In this document: piece by piece, positions 10,131 to 21,929 of the stretch
Layout: each line of letters begins with the position of its first letter
How positions within the stretch are numbered: position 1 is the stretch's first letter
Assembly (NCBI RefSeq): GCF_001194135.2
Contig: NC_068994.1
Location: 38,634,725 to 38,698,724, forward strand
Reading direction: 5' to 3'
From: Octopus bimaculoides
Lineage: Eukaryota
Length of the DNA: 64,000 nt
Position numbers and translations under genes: made by a program
The notes under the pieces: model-generated
Told to the model about the DNA's origin: nothing
The model's database searches: none
The model's input: only the letters and a program-made list of their open reading frames with translations

Positions 10131-11827
10131 TGTTATAATCCTTAAGATGTTGGATTGTTATAACACCCACTTTGGTATACAGTATACTTAGTAAAACCAG
10201 CAAAGACATGACTATCTATGATCACCTAACTATGTGCTTTGGTACTTCATATAGTTCTCTTTACTTATAGTGTCTAGGTTATTCCATTCGACATGTAAGA
10301 GGGGTGTACTATTATTACTAATTCCCTATGACATCCCCCCTTTTAAGCTTTTCTTTGGAAATGTCATTTTATTTAATGATTTTTTTTTATTCACCCCCAC
10401 CTCTCATTTTAAAGTTATTTTTTCATACAATTTAATATTTTGTGCACTTGGCATTTGTTTTCAGGCCCTCTGTGTTTTCTTTTCCTTTCACTTATATGCC
10501 TGGGTTCAACCACCTATGTGACGTTGGTACTTGGAATGTGTCACACAACCATTCCATCGGTTCCTCCAACTTCTTTGGTTCACTTTCCACAAATTTCTTT
10601 TCCAGTTGGTTCCTGTGTCTCTTTTGTATACCTTTTCTACTTTTTACCCAATACATCATTTTACCTATGCATTTGGTAATTATGCCATCTTCTCAGCTCT
10701 ACTTTCCATTCTTGTATGCCCTCATATACACCCTTTCATCAACTTTAAAGAATCTAGCTATCTCATCCCTAGCACTTTTTCTTTTCTTGTCAGGTAGCAA
10801 TTTATCAAAGACTGATTTTACTTTCTTTGCAAACATCAGCTCTGCTGGTGAGCTACCTGCTGGTGCATTCAGTTTTGTTTCACATGGTACACTCTTCAGA
10901 ATAGTTGCAGAGCTACCTCATCTGTGACTTCCTTATTCGACTTTCTTAGCGCTCTCTTGTTCCAGCTTTGCAAGAATTCTAGTACTAACTTCTGCATTCT
11001 TTTTGGCAGTAAGGCATTTGAACATATCTGGCATTAATTCATCTAGTTTAAACTTCTTGCATTCTCTGTTTACTCTACCAGCATATGTGATGTAGTTCTT
11101 GTCATTGTTTTTCTTTATGTTCAACCACTTCTAGCTTGTGTTGAACAATGAACTTTTTTCACTGAGAATTTTACACAATATATCTATTGTGTCGTTAAAG
11201 TTTATGTCTGAAGGTTTTCTTATGAGTACATAATTACTGTATCGTTCATGTTTTGTTGCTGCCAGTTTTCTCAAGATTAAGCTTGTTTTCATCTCATCAT
11301 CTCAATCTTTACATTCTTTCTTGAAGATTTGCTCATATCTTCTGTAGTATGTTTTGTCAGGTTCGTATTTGAACTCTGTTATGGAGTTTGCAACATAGTC
11401 TGTCAAGAACATTTTTTCTGACTTTCTTGACGACTTCAGTAATTGCAAATTTGTTGCTGTAATAGTAATTGTTGTTGTTGTTGCTGTTTTTGTAACTCAA
11501 GCAAAACTGCCAACAAATTTTTTTTTTTTCATAAAATTCACACAACAATACTTTATGAGTTTGTAAACTTCTCGCGAGTTGTTAATTCGTTGTGAGTTGT
11601 TAATTCCTTGTAGAGTTTATAAATTCTTGATGAGTTGTTTAAGTTCTCATCACCACTGTTATAATCCTAGTAAAACCAGCAAAGACACTACTATCTCTGA
11701 CCACCTACTACATACACTGATACTTCATGTACTTCTCTTTACTTATAGTGACTAGGTTATTCCATTTGTCAGGAATTCTAGTTGTCATATGGGAGGAGTG
11801 TACCACTATTACTAATTCCCTACAACA
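10131..11827 (-). mobile_element. Internally deleted (non-autonomous) Gypsy LTR retrotransposon, K02A2.6-like lineage
   Basis: Direct repeats 10131-10333 and 11657-11827 (TGTTATAATCC...CA; shared TAGTAAAACCAGCAAAGACA and CTCTTTACTTATAGTG blocks); PPT (revcomp AAAAGGGGGGA) 10334-10344; PBS-like TGGTGATGAG 11646-11655; TSD ATCAT/ACCAT; gag-like YYRRYEQIFKKEC...YAGRVNRECKKFKLDELMPDMFKCL and pol C-terminal-like RVYMRAYKNGK...GIITKCIGKMMYWVK, both with stops. Confidence 0.88.
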
Positions 11828-11849
11828 ACCATTTACAGTCAAATATACA

Positions 11850-12170
11850 TACATTTACACACTGCATTTTCATCCACAACTGATTCATAGTTTAGGAGTT
11901 CAGAGAAGTGTTCAATCCAGTGACCTGTGATTTCTGTTGATTTAGTAAATAGAGTAGAAGACTCCTTGGAAAGCAAAGGAGCTGATGTGGAGCTCTTAGA
12001 CCCATAAACTTGCTTCATAAGATGGTAAAGCTTCTTGCTGTCATTTGCATCAGCAGTAGCCTGAACATCACGAGCAAGATCCTCCCACCAAGTGTTCTGC
12101 ATCTTCCTGAGAGATTGCAGCAATTGTGATTTTACCCTGCAAGTGCTAGATTTCGCTGCACAGCTGAAAG
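11850..12170 (-). mobile_element. RTE-clade LINE internal fragment (EN-RT linker)
   Basis: LRKMQNTWWEDLARDVQATADANDSKKLYHLMKQVYG...WIEHFSELLN resembles the RTE/BovB linker (WW...YxxxKxxYG...WxEHFxxLLN). Confidence 0.8.
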
Positions 12171-13117
12171 TCCTCTGTGCAGCAATATATTGTGGGCATG
12201 GCACTTTACAGCCAATAGTCGCTGACTGCCAGTTTTCCATGCATGTATACATATGAAGGTATGAATACATGTATACATGCATGCATACATGCATGCATAC
12301 ATAAATAAGTATGTATGTACATGCATACATACATACAGACGTATATACATACATACAGACATATGTACATACATACAGACAGACAGATAGACAGATAATG
12401 TGTATATACATATGCATAAATGCATAGATACATATATATATATATAGTGTATAGCAGAGAAAGATATACACAGCAATGAGAAAATCTAAACAACTGGTGC
12501 ATGCAGACAAAAATACCTTGTATTTATACCTGTGTTGCACTGGTATTCACTCTTTTATAACTTCTTTAACTGGAAATGCAGTTAACCTATCGTTATCCTT
12601 TTGGAAACTTACAACATTGTTCACACTATGTATCACCCCACCCCCCCACACACACAAACACACACATGTGTTTGAGTCTTAAGGTAGCTGTAGTTTTGAA
12701 ACTGTATTATATCCTTATTTGGTGATATTGTGGAATGGTTACAATGATAGGTTTACTAGCTCATAAATCTTGTGTTTGAATTCTTTTTTAGCTTTCCACT
12801 GTGTTTTGCTTGAATTTTTCATTTTAAATTATGTCAGTTACCATTGCATTGCTATTAGTATGCATTTTTTCTTTCTTTCTGCACTGCTTCCACAGCCAAT
12901 GCAGTGTAATGATTTTTTTGTTCAGTTTGACTTGTCTAAAGAAGCAATTACATTCCATGAAAACTGTAGAGTAACAGCCCACAGGACTGGCTTAAATAAA
13001 CTACTGCACTCTACATTTGTATTGAGTACTTCCTCCCCAGATCATTACCTAACAATGGTATGTATTTGATAAGCACTAATAAAGAAATATCCCTAAATAA
13101 TAGTGAACAAATTTGAA

Positions 13118-13120
<3 letters not shown>

Positions 13121-13170
<50 letters not shown>

Positions 13171-13337
13171 TCACTGCCTGGAATCAAACTTGGAATCTTG
13201 GGGTTAGTAGCCTGCGCTTTTAACCACTACACCATATGCCCGTGGTGTAGTGGTTAAGAGCGCAGGCTACTAACCCCAAAATTCCGAGTTCGATTCCAGG
13301 CAGTGACCTGAATAATAATAATAATAATAACATTGAA
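13121..13337. mobile_element. Head-to-head tRNA-like palindromic insertion with 12-bp TSD
   Basis: 70-bp arms 13165-13234 and 13243-13312 are inverted (4 mismatches) with an 8-nt spacer; each arm has A-box TGGTGTAGTGG and B-box GTTCGATTCC; arms are extended by (TTA)n/(TAA)n; AAATTTGAACAT at 13109-13120 and 13338-13349. Confidence 0.8.
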
Positions 13338-13448
13338 AAATTTGAACATATTTATGTTTTTAATATAACATGTACTTTTTGAATCCTGCCCACATGAAAG
13401 GAAATATGTGCTGGATACTATTAGACTGCACCATTTTAAATGTTAGAG

Positions 13449-13551
13449 TTTCCACCATCAGTACTTTCCACCATCAGTACTTTCCACCATCAGTACTTTC
13501 CACCATCAGTACTTTCCACCATCAGTACTTTCCACCATCAGTACTTTCCAC
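13449..13551. repeat. Perfect 16-bp minisatellite (TTTCCACCATCAGTAC) x6.4
   Basis: Six identical units plus a 7-bp partial, read directly. Confidence 0.95.
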
Positions 13552-13582
13552 TACTAATATAGTAGTATATGTATGTTACATA

Positions 13583-13770
13583 CATATAAGAGGGATGACC
13601 ACTAAGTGGACATCCAATCATTATATTTTGTATCTTTTCATTTGTCTTGCTCGCTTACGTTCTGGTGTTTGCTGAATTTTCTTGAGAACAATCTTTTCTT
13701 AGTGGTCAGATCATATGGAGTCTACATCTAGCATATTGGATGTCCACTTAGTGGTCATCCCTCTTATATG
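13583..13770. mobile_element. ~190-bp MITE with perfect 36-bp TIRs, probably Tc1/mariner-type (TA context)
   Basis: CATATAAGAGGGATGACCACTAAGTGGACATCCAAT (13583-13618) is the exact reverse complement of 13735-13770; the ends lie in TA-rich sequence; no ORF. Confidence 0.8.
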
Positions 13771-14356
13771 CATATTATATACATATATATATATTTTAAT
13801 TTTTAATAAATTGAATTTAATTGAGATTTTACCTGTAAATTTGGATTTTTATCCCTATTATTATTATTATTATTATTATTANNNNNNNNNNNNNNNNNNN
13901 NNNNNNNNNNNNNNNNNNNNNNNNNNNNNNNNNNNNNNNNNNNNNNNNNNNNNNNNNNNNNNNNNNNNNNNNNNNNNNNNNNNNNNNNNNNNNNNNNNNN
14001 NNNNNNNNNNNNNNNNNNNNNNNNNNNNNNNNNNNNNNNNNNNNNNNNNNNNNNNNNNNNNNNNNNNNNNNNNNNNNNNNNNNNNNNNNNNNNNNNNNNN
14101 NNNNNNNNNNNNNNNNNNNNNNNNNNNNNNNNNNNNNNNNNNNNNNNNNNNNNNNNNNNNNNNNNNNNNNNNNNNNNNNNNNNNNNNNNNNNNNNNNNNN
14201 NNNNNNNTATATATGATTCAAATGTACAGTGAGCAAAAAAACAAAGGCAGGTGAAGGAACAACAAACAGGCATATTATTTTGATGCTCAGGAAGGATGTA
14301 AGTCTTTGATGTTTTGAACCTATGCTCTTCGACAGGAAGGGATGAGAGGAAAAAGA

Positions 14357-14392
<36 letters not shown>

Positions 14393-14759
14393 CAACCTTT
14401 GACAACTGGTGTTGATTTGTTTGTCCCCATAGCTTGGTGGTTTGGCAAAAGAGACTGATAGAATAAACAGTAAGCATTAAAACAATAAATGGGATTGATT
14501 TGTTTGACTAAAATTCTTAAAGGCAGTCACCAGCATGGCCACAGTCTAATGATTGTAACAGTAAAAGATAAAAGCTAAACGCTATGTGTGTTTATGTGTG
14601 TGTGTGTGTGTGTGTGAGTGTGTCGCCACCCCCATCACTTAACAACCAACATTGGTTTGTTTACATCCCCATAACTTAGCAGTTCAGCAAAAGAAACTGA
14701 TAGAATAAGTGCCGGATTAAAAAAGAAAAAGTACCGAGGTCGATTTGTTTGACTAAACA

Positions 14760-15112
14760 TTCAATGCCTTATTTGTAATGCTATTGGTCCTGATCTATCT
14801 TCTAAATTGGATTCACTCTTTCGTCATTGTCGTGTGGCTTCATGGTCTCTTTTCTATAAGTATTTTCATTGACATTGTTCAGCTGAACTCTCTTCCTTGG
14901 TTCCTCCTTTAAGAACTTATCAGCAATCAACTAGACTTCCATCCAGTTTTCATCAATATACTGTGCAACCTCCTAAGTGTTGGAAAGCACCTTACAGTAC
15001 CAGTTTCTTTCCTCGCAACTCAAATTCCCTTCCACAGTCATGTTTTCCTCTTCAATATGACCTCCGGTCTTTTAAGTCTAATGTACATCGTCACCTATTG
15101 ACGTCTGTCTAG
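14760..15112 (+). mobile_element. LINE 3' fragment (CR1/Jockey/I-group RT C-terminus)
   Basis: ...RVASWSLFYKYFH*HCSAELSSLVPP...SFFPRNSNSLPQSCFPLQYDLRSFKSNVHRHL; resembles the common LINE C-terminal motif SLFYKY..G.CSxEL...SFFPR...WNSLP...FP..YxL..FK. Confidence 0.75.
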
Positions 15113-15664
15113 TGTTCTTTTTATTCTAGTAGCTCTTACATTTTCAGTGGTCTAAGGACCTTGTAATGAGTGAATGCTTTACCAAAGGAAAAAAAACAAA
15201 AAACAATTCAAGATGTGTCCCAGTATGACCACAATCCAATGACAGAATCAAGTTTAAAATAATACAAAAAAATGCATCTATCTAAACCATGCAAGCAGAA
15301 AAAAACAAAGCATGTTAAAAAGGGATGATGATGATGATAATGTTAATAATGTTAAAAATTTATGCATGCTAATATCGTTTGCTGATGCTTATCATTAAAA
15401 GATATACACATGACAGAGAAAAACCAATTAACTGGTGCTTTTCAATAAAAAAAAATTCTCTTCTGTGATGTTTGTTTCTTTGTCACTCTGGCCATTGGAA
15501 ATTGGGTAAATCAGTGATGAGCTTACTTTTTTTTGATTTGTTCAAGTCACTGGCTTGTGGTCATACTGGAGTACTGTCAGGAAGGGATTTGGTCAAATAT
15601 ATCAATTCCAGTACTTATTTTCTAAGTTTGGTACTTTTATTAATGTGTATTTGTCAACGGTGAA

Positions 15665-15945
15665 GGGGCATGGCTTAGTGGTCAGGGTGTTGGGCTCACA
15701 ATTATGAGGTAGTGAGTTTGATTCCTGGACCAGGTTATGTGTTGTGTTCTTGAGCAGGACGTGGCATGTAAAAGCACCCACTACACTCTCGGAGTGGTTG
15801 GCGTTAGGAAGGGCATCCAGGTGTAGAAACTCTGCCAAATCAGATTGGAGCCTGGTGTAGCCATCTGGTTTCACCAGTCCTCAGTCAAATCGTCCAACCC
15901 ATGCGAGCATGGAAAGTGGATGTTAAACGATGATGATGATGATGT
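15665..15945 (+). mobile_element. Composite: tRNA-like head (family E) fused to a family D element ending in (GAT)n
   Basis: GGCATGGCTTAGTGGTCAGGG...GATTCCTGGACC...GTTCTTGAGCA, then GGCATGTAAAAGCACCCACTACACTCTCGGAGTGGTTGGCGTTAGGAAGGGCATCCAG...TTAAACGATGATGAT. Confidence 0.75.
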
Positions 15946-16159
15946 TCCAGTTTACTTAACTGCAGAAATGATTTGCAACATCACTAGTGCCAAGTTGTAT
16001 CCCCCTTTGCCTTTCCCTTGGACAACATCAGGCTGGTATGCATGGACAACTGATGGTCTTTCATAAACAACTTTGCCCAGACTTGTGCCTTGGAGAGAAA
16101 CTTTCTAGGTGCAATCCCATGGTCATTCATGACTGAAGGGGATCTTTATCCATTACCCA

Positions 16160-16580
16160 TTATTTGTCAATGGTTGTGTGGTATGAATTTGCTTCCCAAC
16201 CATATGGTTCCAGATTCAGTCCTACTGTGTGGCACCTTGGGCAAGTGTCTTCTACTGTAGCCTTAGGTTGACCAAAGCCTTGTGAGTTTATTTAGCTGAG
16301 GGAAACTGAAAGAAGCCTGTCGTGTGTTTGTATGTATGTGTATGCATTTGTGTTTGTGTCTCTGTTTGTTCCCCTGCCCTGCTTGATGAGTGTTGATGTT
16401 TACATCCCCTGTAACTTAGCAAGAGTTTGGCAAAAGTGACCAATAGAATAAGTACAAGGCTTAAAAAAAGAGGAAAAAATAATAAATACTGGGGTTGATT
16501 CACTGAAATAAAAATTCTTCCAGGTGGTGCTCTAGCATGGCTGTAGTCTAATGACTGAAACAAATAAAAGATAAAAGATA
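16160..16580 (+). mobile_element. SINE family A copy
   Basis: Head, CORE-like, TG and tail modules all present. Confidence 0.85.
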
Positions 16581-17045
16581 AACCCAAATGCAGTTGTTTT
16601 TTTCAGTCTCAATATAAAGACAGATATAGAGAAAAGCACACACACACACACACGTGCATGTGTGTATGATAGTGTTCTGCACAGTTTTCATCTATGAATT
16701 TCAGTCATGAGGCATAAGTTGGTTTAAGGTATTTGCACAAAACGCTACACAGTGGAACAACAGCCAGGACCATGTGGTGGTTGTTGGGCGAACTTCTTAA
16801 CTACAACTTTACAGCCAAGTGTGTGCTTTTGTATGCTTGTTGGAAACCTGTAATGAAGGATGCTATTGTTCACAAATGTGATATAACATAAATAAAAAAA
16901 AAAAGAGACAGATAAGTAAATAAATAAATAAATAAATATATAGATAATATAGATAATATAAATAAGCTGACGTTTCCTGTAACAGTAAATAACAGAATCA
17001 CGCATCAAACATCAAACATATACACCAATACCTAACAATGGAAAC

Positions 17046-17102
<57 letters not shown>

Positions 17103-18939
17103 TGATGATGATGAAATGAATAAATATATAAATATATAAATGAATAAATAGAAGAATTAGAGTAAAAAAAATCAACAATTCGTATCCGAGAACCTGGTGA
17201 ATCGTTGCATTCAATTTATTAAAACAAATTATCTGTACAAAATCTTTACATATTCTCTCCTAAACAGTTCTCATGTAAATCATATATCTCAGAGGGGTGC
17301 TTCAGCAAATTTATTGATATACAATTAAAGGCAATTCTCTGCTTAATCAGCATTCTGCTAGTGTAGTATTCCATAAAAGTACATAGAGTTGTTCAACTGC
17401 TTTTTTGTTATTTTTTATTTTATCAATATTATTACTTTTACTTTTTTTTTTTTTTTCTTTTTCTTCTTTTTGGAAAGTTCTTCAGTTATATTTCTGATGT
17501 TATAAAAGATTTCAGAGAATGATTTTACTGAAAGCTACTGAATTACAGAATGCGAGAAAATTACAAATTTTTTCTTTTTCTTTTTTTTTTTTTTTNNNNN
17601 NNNNNNNNNNNNNNNNNNNNNNNNNNNNNNNNNNNNNNNNNNNNNNNNNNNNNNNNNNNNNNNNNNNNNNNNNNNNNNNNNNNNNNNNNNNNNNNNNNNN
17701 NNNNNNNNNNNNNNNNNNNNNNNNNNNNNNNNNNNNNNNNNNNNNNNNNNNNNNNNNNNNNNNNNNNNNNNNNNNNNNNNNNNNNNNNNNNNNNNNNNNN
17801 NNNNTGAAGACAATATCATATATGATGAAGTTTGATCTTTGACTTACAGGTAAAGCATTTTGGTATAAAACAGAAGAATGAAATTCAACTCTAGTACATA
17901 ACAGAAGTTAAGATATTATTAATTCATTTGATGGTAAATGTTTGAAAGGAGAGAAAAAAATGTATGCATTGCATGTAATTCCAGCATTAGTCATTAAATT
18001 TTCCTGTCTGAGATTGGCATTCCCAATGGCATTTTATACAGTACAAGTAACAGTCCTTAAAAAAAAAAAAAAATAAACAAACAGAAATAAATAAATATAT
18101 AAACAGGATTAGGGAAATAAACCTCTGCTGACCTTAAACTCACAAATCAATTTGATAAAATGCCAAATAATTAGAGTCATCTGTACAAATCGTGTATTTC
18201 ACAATTTAGAAAAGAAAAAAAAAATGCTTGTCACTGTGTAAATGGATGTCACTTTTTAACCCTGTGAATGAATGATGAATTATTTGTTAACCTGACCAAA
18301 GAATATTGAGGTATCTTCCAGAATCAAATCAAATATCTTAATTTTCTGATTTTATGTGGCAGAAAAGAACTGACAATGTAATATGGCAACAGACCATATT
18401 TTTGGTTGTCTCCTAAAGATGATTTCATTGTTGAATGGTTTATCAGTCAGATCCGATTCATGAACATCCATCCACAAAATAATGCATGCTATCCATCCAT
18501 ATTTCCTGCTCATCTGTCTTTTTTTATAATTTTTTTGTTAATGTGTTGGCATAGAATTTATAACCTTCCAAAATTTAGCTTTTTGTTTAATTTATATTGT
18601 TGTTCACAAAGCCTTTTTTTTTATATTGGTAAAAATACTTCAGGAAATTTTGTTTGAATACTGCATTATTATCATAATAGATTTGGTAGTTTGTGTGACA
18701 GTTTTGTAATAAAGTAACAAAAGCGAATGAAATGATGCAATCATAAAGAAGTACAATAATGTAAAGGACTTATGATAATGTAATGTGGATTACAGATTCT
18801 CTGAAACAGTATTTTTTAGAGTCAATGATTATTTACACAAGGAAGTCCACTGATGTAAAAGATATTTTCTCTTTACTCAGATAAGGTGCAATTAGTCTTT
18901 GTCAGAATATGAAACGATGGAATATGAAATGTTATTTTG

Positions 18940-19252
18940 ATGGAAAAATGTTGTAGAAAAAAATGTAAGTCAGTATTTAGTTTGTAAGTTTGTGTTATTT
19001 TATGAATGTGTTACCTTTGGTACTGCAGGTAAAGGTTTAGAGTAAGTTGTAAAGCTGTTTCCTGTAGGTAAATTCCATGACTGTGTTGTAATATGTGGAA
19101 CTTCACTGCCTACTCTAAAAGATTTGAGATCGATAACATCCGTGCAGGGAGTCTTTGGAACAACATTAGAATGGCAGGAAGAACTGGTAGTAATGACTGC
19201 ATTTGATGGTCGACTAAGCTTTCTTGATAATATCTTCTTCTCCAGGCTTTGA
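18940..19252 (+). CDS. Hypothetical spliced 69-aa ORF (18940-18964 joined to 19068-19252), no recognisable homology
   Basis: Acceptor TTTTCTCTTTACTCAG|18881, donor AAT|GTAAGT at 18964, acceptor TTTCCTGTAG|19068; the join gives MEKCCRKKCKFHDCVVICGTSLPTLKDLRSITSVQGVFGTTLEWQEELVVMTAFDGRLSFLDNIFFSRL*; upstream out-of-frame ATGs argue against it. Confidence 0.25.
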
Positions 19253-20037
19253 GATTTTGCTAATTCACGAGGGCAAAATCCTTTAAAAAGAAATACAGAT
19301 AAAAAGAGATAAATGGTAATTAATGAAACAACAAACATTTTAAGGTTGGTTTGAAAACAAATAACAGAATTGTAGTTTTATTAGTGTGCATATATAGGTA
19401 ATAGAAAACAGTTTGCTGTCATTTGGTAACAGCTTCCTGAAGTACTGCATTGCTTACATAACCAGATTCTCTGATAGTTACATGCACATAAAATGTAAAT
19501 ATTCCTGGCATGTCGCTCATCACATTGACACTAAAGTCTGTATCAGACTTTATTTTAAATTCAAGACCACACAGTTATAAAATGGCTACTATGTTGATTT
19601 GGTCACATCAAATTATTTGGTTGTTGTTGTTGTTTGACCCCATATCAGCCCATATCAAATAAACCTATACCTAGAACCATTCTATTTCAGTGTGAGACTG
19701 TGTATCTTGGGCTATGTTATCCAATGTATCCTTCCATTAAAAAAAAAATTTAAGACAATAAAACTGTAATAATTACAATGGTTGAACTGTGATAATGGTA
19801 TGTTTGTTATAGAGATTGTTATCCAAATGTTTATATCTTAAAAACACAGGTTCCTCAAATAAGAGATTATCAAGTGTTAATTTTGGTGCTACACTGTGTT
19901 GTATGGCTAAGGTTGTTTGAGCGATACTTAAGCCCCAATAATGAAGCTCTTCAGTTAGCATGTAGAAACATGTAATTAACTGAAAATATATATACATATG
20001 AAAGATAATGGTGATAATTCATCAGATAAAATGTTAA

Positions 20038-20210
20038 TACAGGGTGGCCCAGAAGTAACGAAGGGGTTTCAATGTTTAATAACTTTTTTAATAATTATTC
20101 AATTTTTATTTTATTTCCAATTTATATAAAGAAGACCTTAAAATTTAAGCATGGAAAAATACACAACCAAACAGCAAACACATTGTGAAATTTTATTACC
20201 AAAACCAAGG
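20038..20210 (+). mobile_element. 5' end of a Tc1/mariner-superfamily transposon (HTH N-terminus)
   Basis: TA|CAGGGTGGCCCAGAAGT terminus followed by a frameshifted MEKYTTKQ..HIVKFYYQN, like the MERYTxEQRxxIVKxYYQN start of DUF4817-type transposases. Confidence 0.55.
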
Positions 20211-20261
20211 ACACACACACACATATACAGATGTATATATGTGTATATATATATATATATA

Positions 20262-20414
20262 TCATCATCATCGTTTAACGTCCGCTTTCCATGCTAGCAT
20301 GGGTTGGACGATTTGACTGAGGACTGGTGAAACCGGATGGCAACACCAGGCTCCAGTCTGATTTGGCAGAGTTTCTACAGCTGGATGCCCTTCCTAACGC
20401 CAACCACTCAGAGA
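20262..20414 (-). mobile_element. Family D element 3' part (young copy)
   Basis: CATCATCATCGTTTAACGTCCGCTTTCCATGCTAGCATGGGTTGGACG...; CpGs intact; truncated by a gap. Confidence 0.85.
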
Positions 20415-20682
20415 NNNNNNNNNNTATATATATATATATATATATGCATGCCTCTGTGTGTGTGTATATATATATATAGAAATATATATATACAAAGAGA
20501 GAGAGAAACAGAGAGTGTGTGAGAGAGAGGGTGTGAAAGAGAGAGTTAGACAAAGAGTGAGAGGGAGAGAGGTTTTGAGTTTAGTTCATTTGTGCAACAT
20601 CTTGGGCTATGTCTACTATAGCTCTGAGCCAACAATTGTCCTGTGAGTGAATTTGAATTTTGATAGACAGAAACTGCATGTT

Positions 20683-20714
<32 letters not shown>

Positions 20715-20927
20715 NNNNNNNNNNATATATATATATATATATATATATTCATATATGCATGCACATGTGTCTTTGCATTTAAGTTTGTCCCCCACCATCC
20801 CACCAGCCACATGACAACTGTGTTGGCTTGTTTACATCTCTGCAGCTTAGTGGTTTGGTAAAAGAGACCAATAAAATAAATACCAGACATTTAAAAAAGT
20901 GGTGGGGGTCAATCTGTTCAGCTAAAC

Positions 20928-21224
20928 CAGTGGTTTCCAAACTATTTCAGTCTGCCACCCACTTGACACCCAGGAAACATTCCTGGCACCTTCACCCTAA
21001 CTAACTATCACAAACATAGACTTCTTTCTAAAGCAAATTCAAAGCAACTGTATTTCACGAATAAAACTGAATCTAATGAACCCGTTATTTTGTTGTTTTT
21101 ACCTGAATCACTACCCCATTATCACCCCACTTTTTACATGAATCACAACCCCATTATTGCCCTACTTTTCTTCAACTTTCCACAGCTCACAAAAGGTCAA
21201 TACCACCCACTTTGGGAACCACTG
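20928..21224. mobile_element. hAT (Charlie-type) MITE, 297 bp, inserted in a SINE A 3' region
   Basis: TIRs CAGTGGTTTCCAAA / TTTGGGAACCACTG; perfect 8-bp TSD AGCTAAAC (20920-20927 and 21225-21232). Confidence 0.9.
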
Positions 21225-21929
21225 AGCTAAACCTTTTACGGTATTGCTCCAGCATGGTCACAGTCAATGATTGAATTAAATAAAAACCACAAATGGAATA
21301 AGATGAAATACAACCAACACTAGGGTTAACTAATTCTTGTACCAATGCATGTTGGCAGAGGGACAGAACTATATGTGACAGTGTAAAATTGTGAGATTGA
21401 CTTATTAAGATAATTAACATAGTCATGTTTAATTAAGAGTGTCATGATTCAGGTCATGAGGTGGGTTGGGTAACTCTTTTTATTCTAACGTTTAAATCGA
21501 TGAGACTTGATGATGCGTGAGTTGAGCTGGGACTAAGCAACAATACCATCCCCCCTCCTCTTCCTCCTNNNNNNNNNNNNNNNNNNNNNNNNNNNNNNNN
21601 NNNNNNNNNNNNNNNNNNNNNNNNNNNNNNNNNNNNNNNNNNNNNNNNNNNNNNNNNNNNNNNNNNNNNNNNNNNNNNNNNNNNNNNNNNNNNNNNNNNN
21701 NNNNNNNNNNNNNNNNNNNNNNNNNNNNNNNNNNNNNNNNNNNNNNNNNNNNNNNNNNNNNNNNNNNNNNNNNNNNNNNNNNNNNNNNNNNNNNNNNNNN
21801 NNNNNNNNNNNNNNNNNNNNNNNNNNNNNNNNNNNNNNNNNNNNNNNNNNNNNNNNNNNNNNNNNNNNNNNNNNNNNNNNNNNNNNNNNNNNNNNNNNNN
21901 NNNNNNNCCTCATCATCATCATCATCATT

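Noticed and set aside
13243-13312. Functional tRNA gene
   Set aside because: A and B boxes are present but the acceptor stem is not convincing, the anticodon-like triplet is ACT, and it is part of a TSD-flanked palindrome; treated as a tRNA-derived repeat
19000-19338. 112-aa minus-strand ORF
   Set aside because: No recognisable motif or flanking splice support; the plus strand has better splice signals
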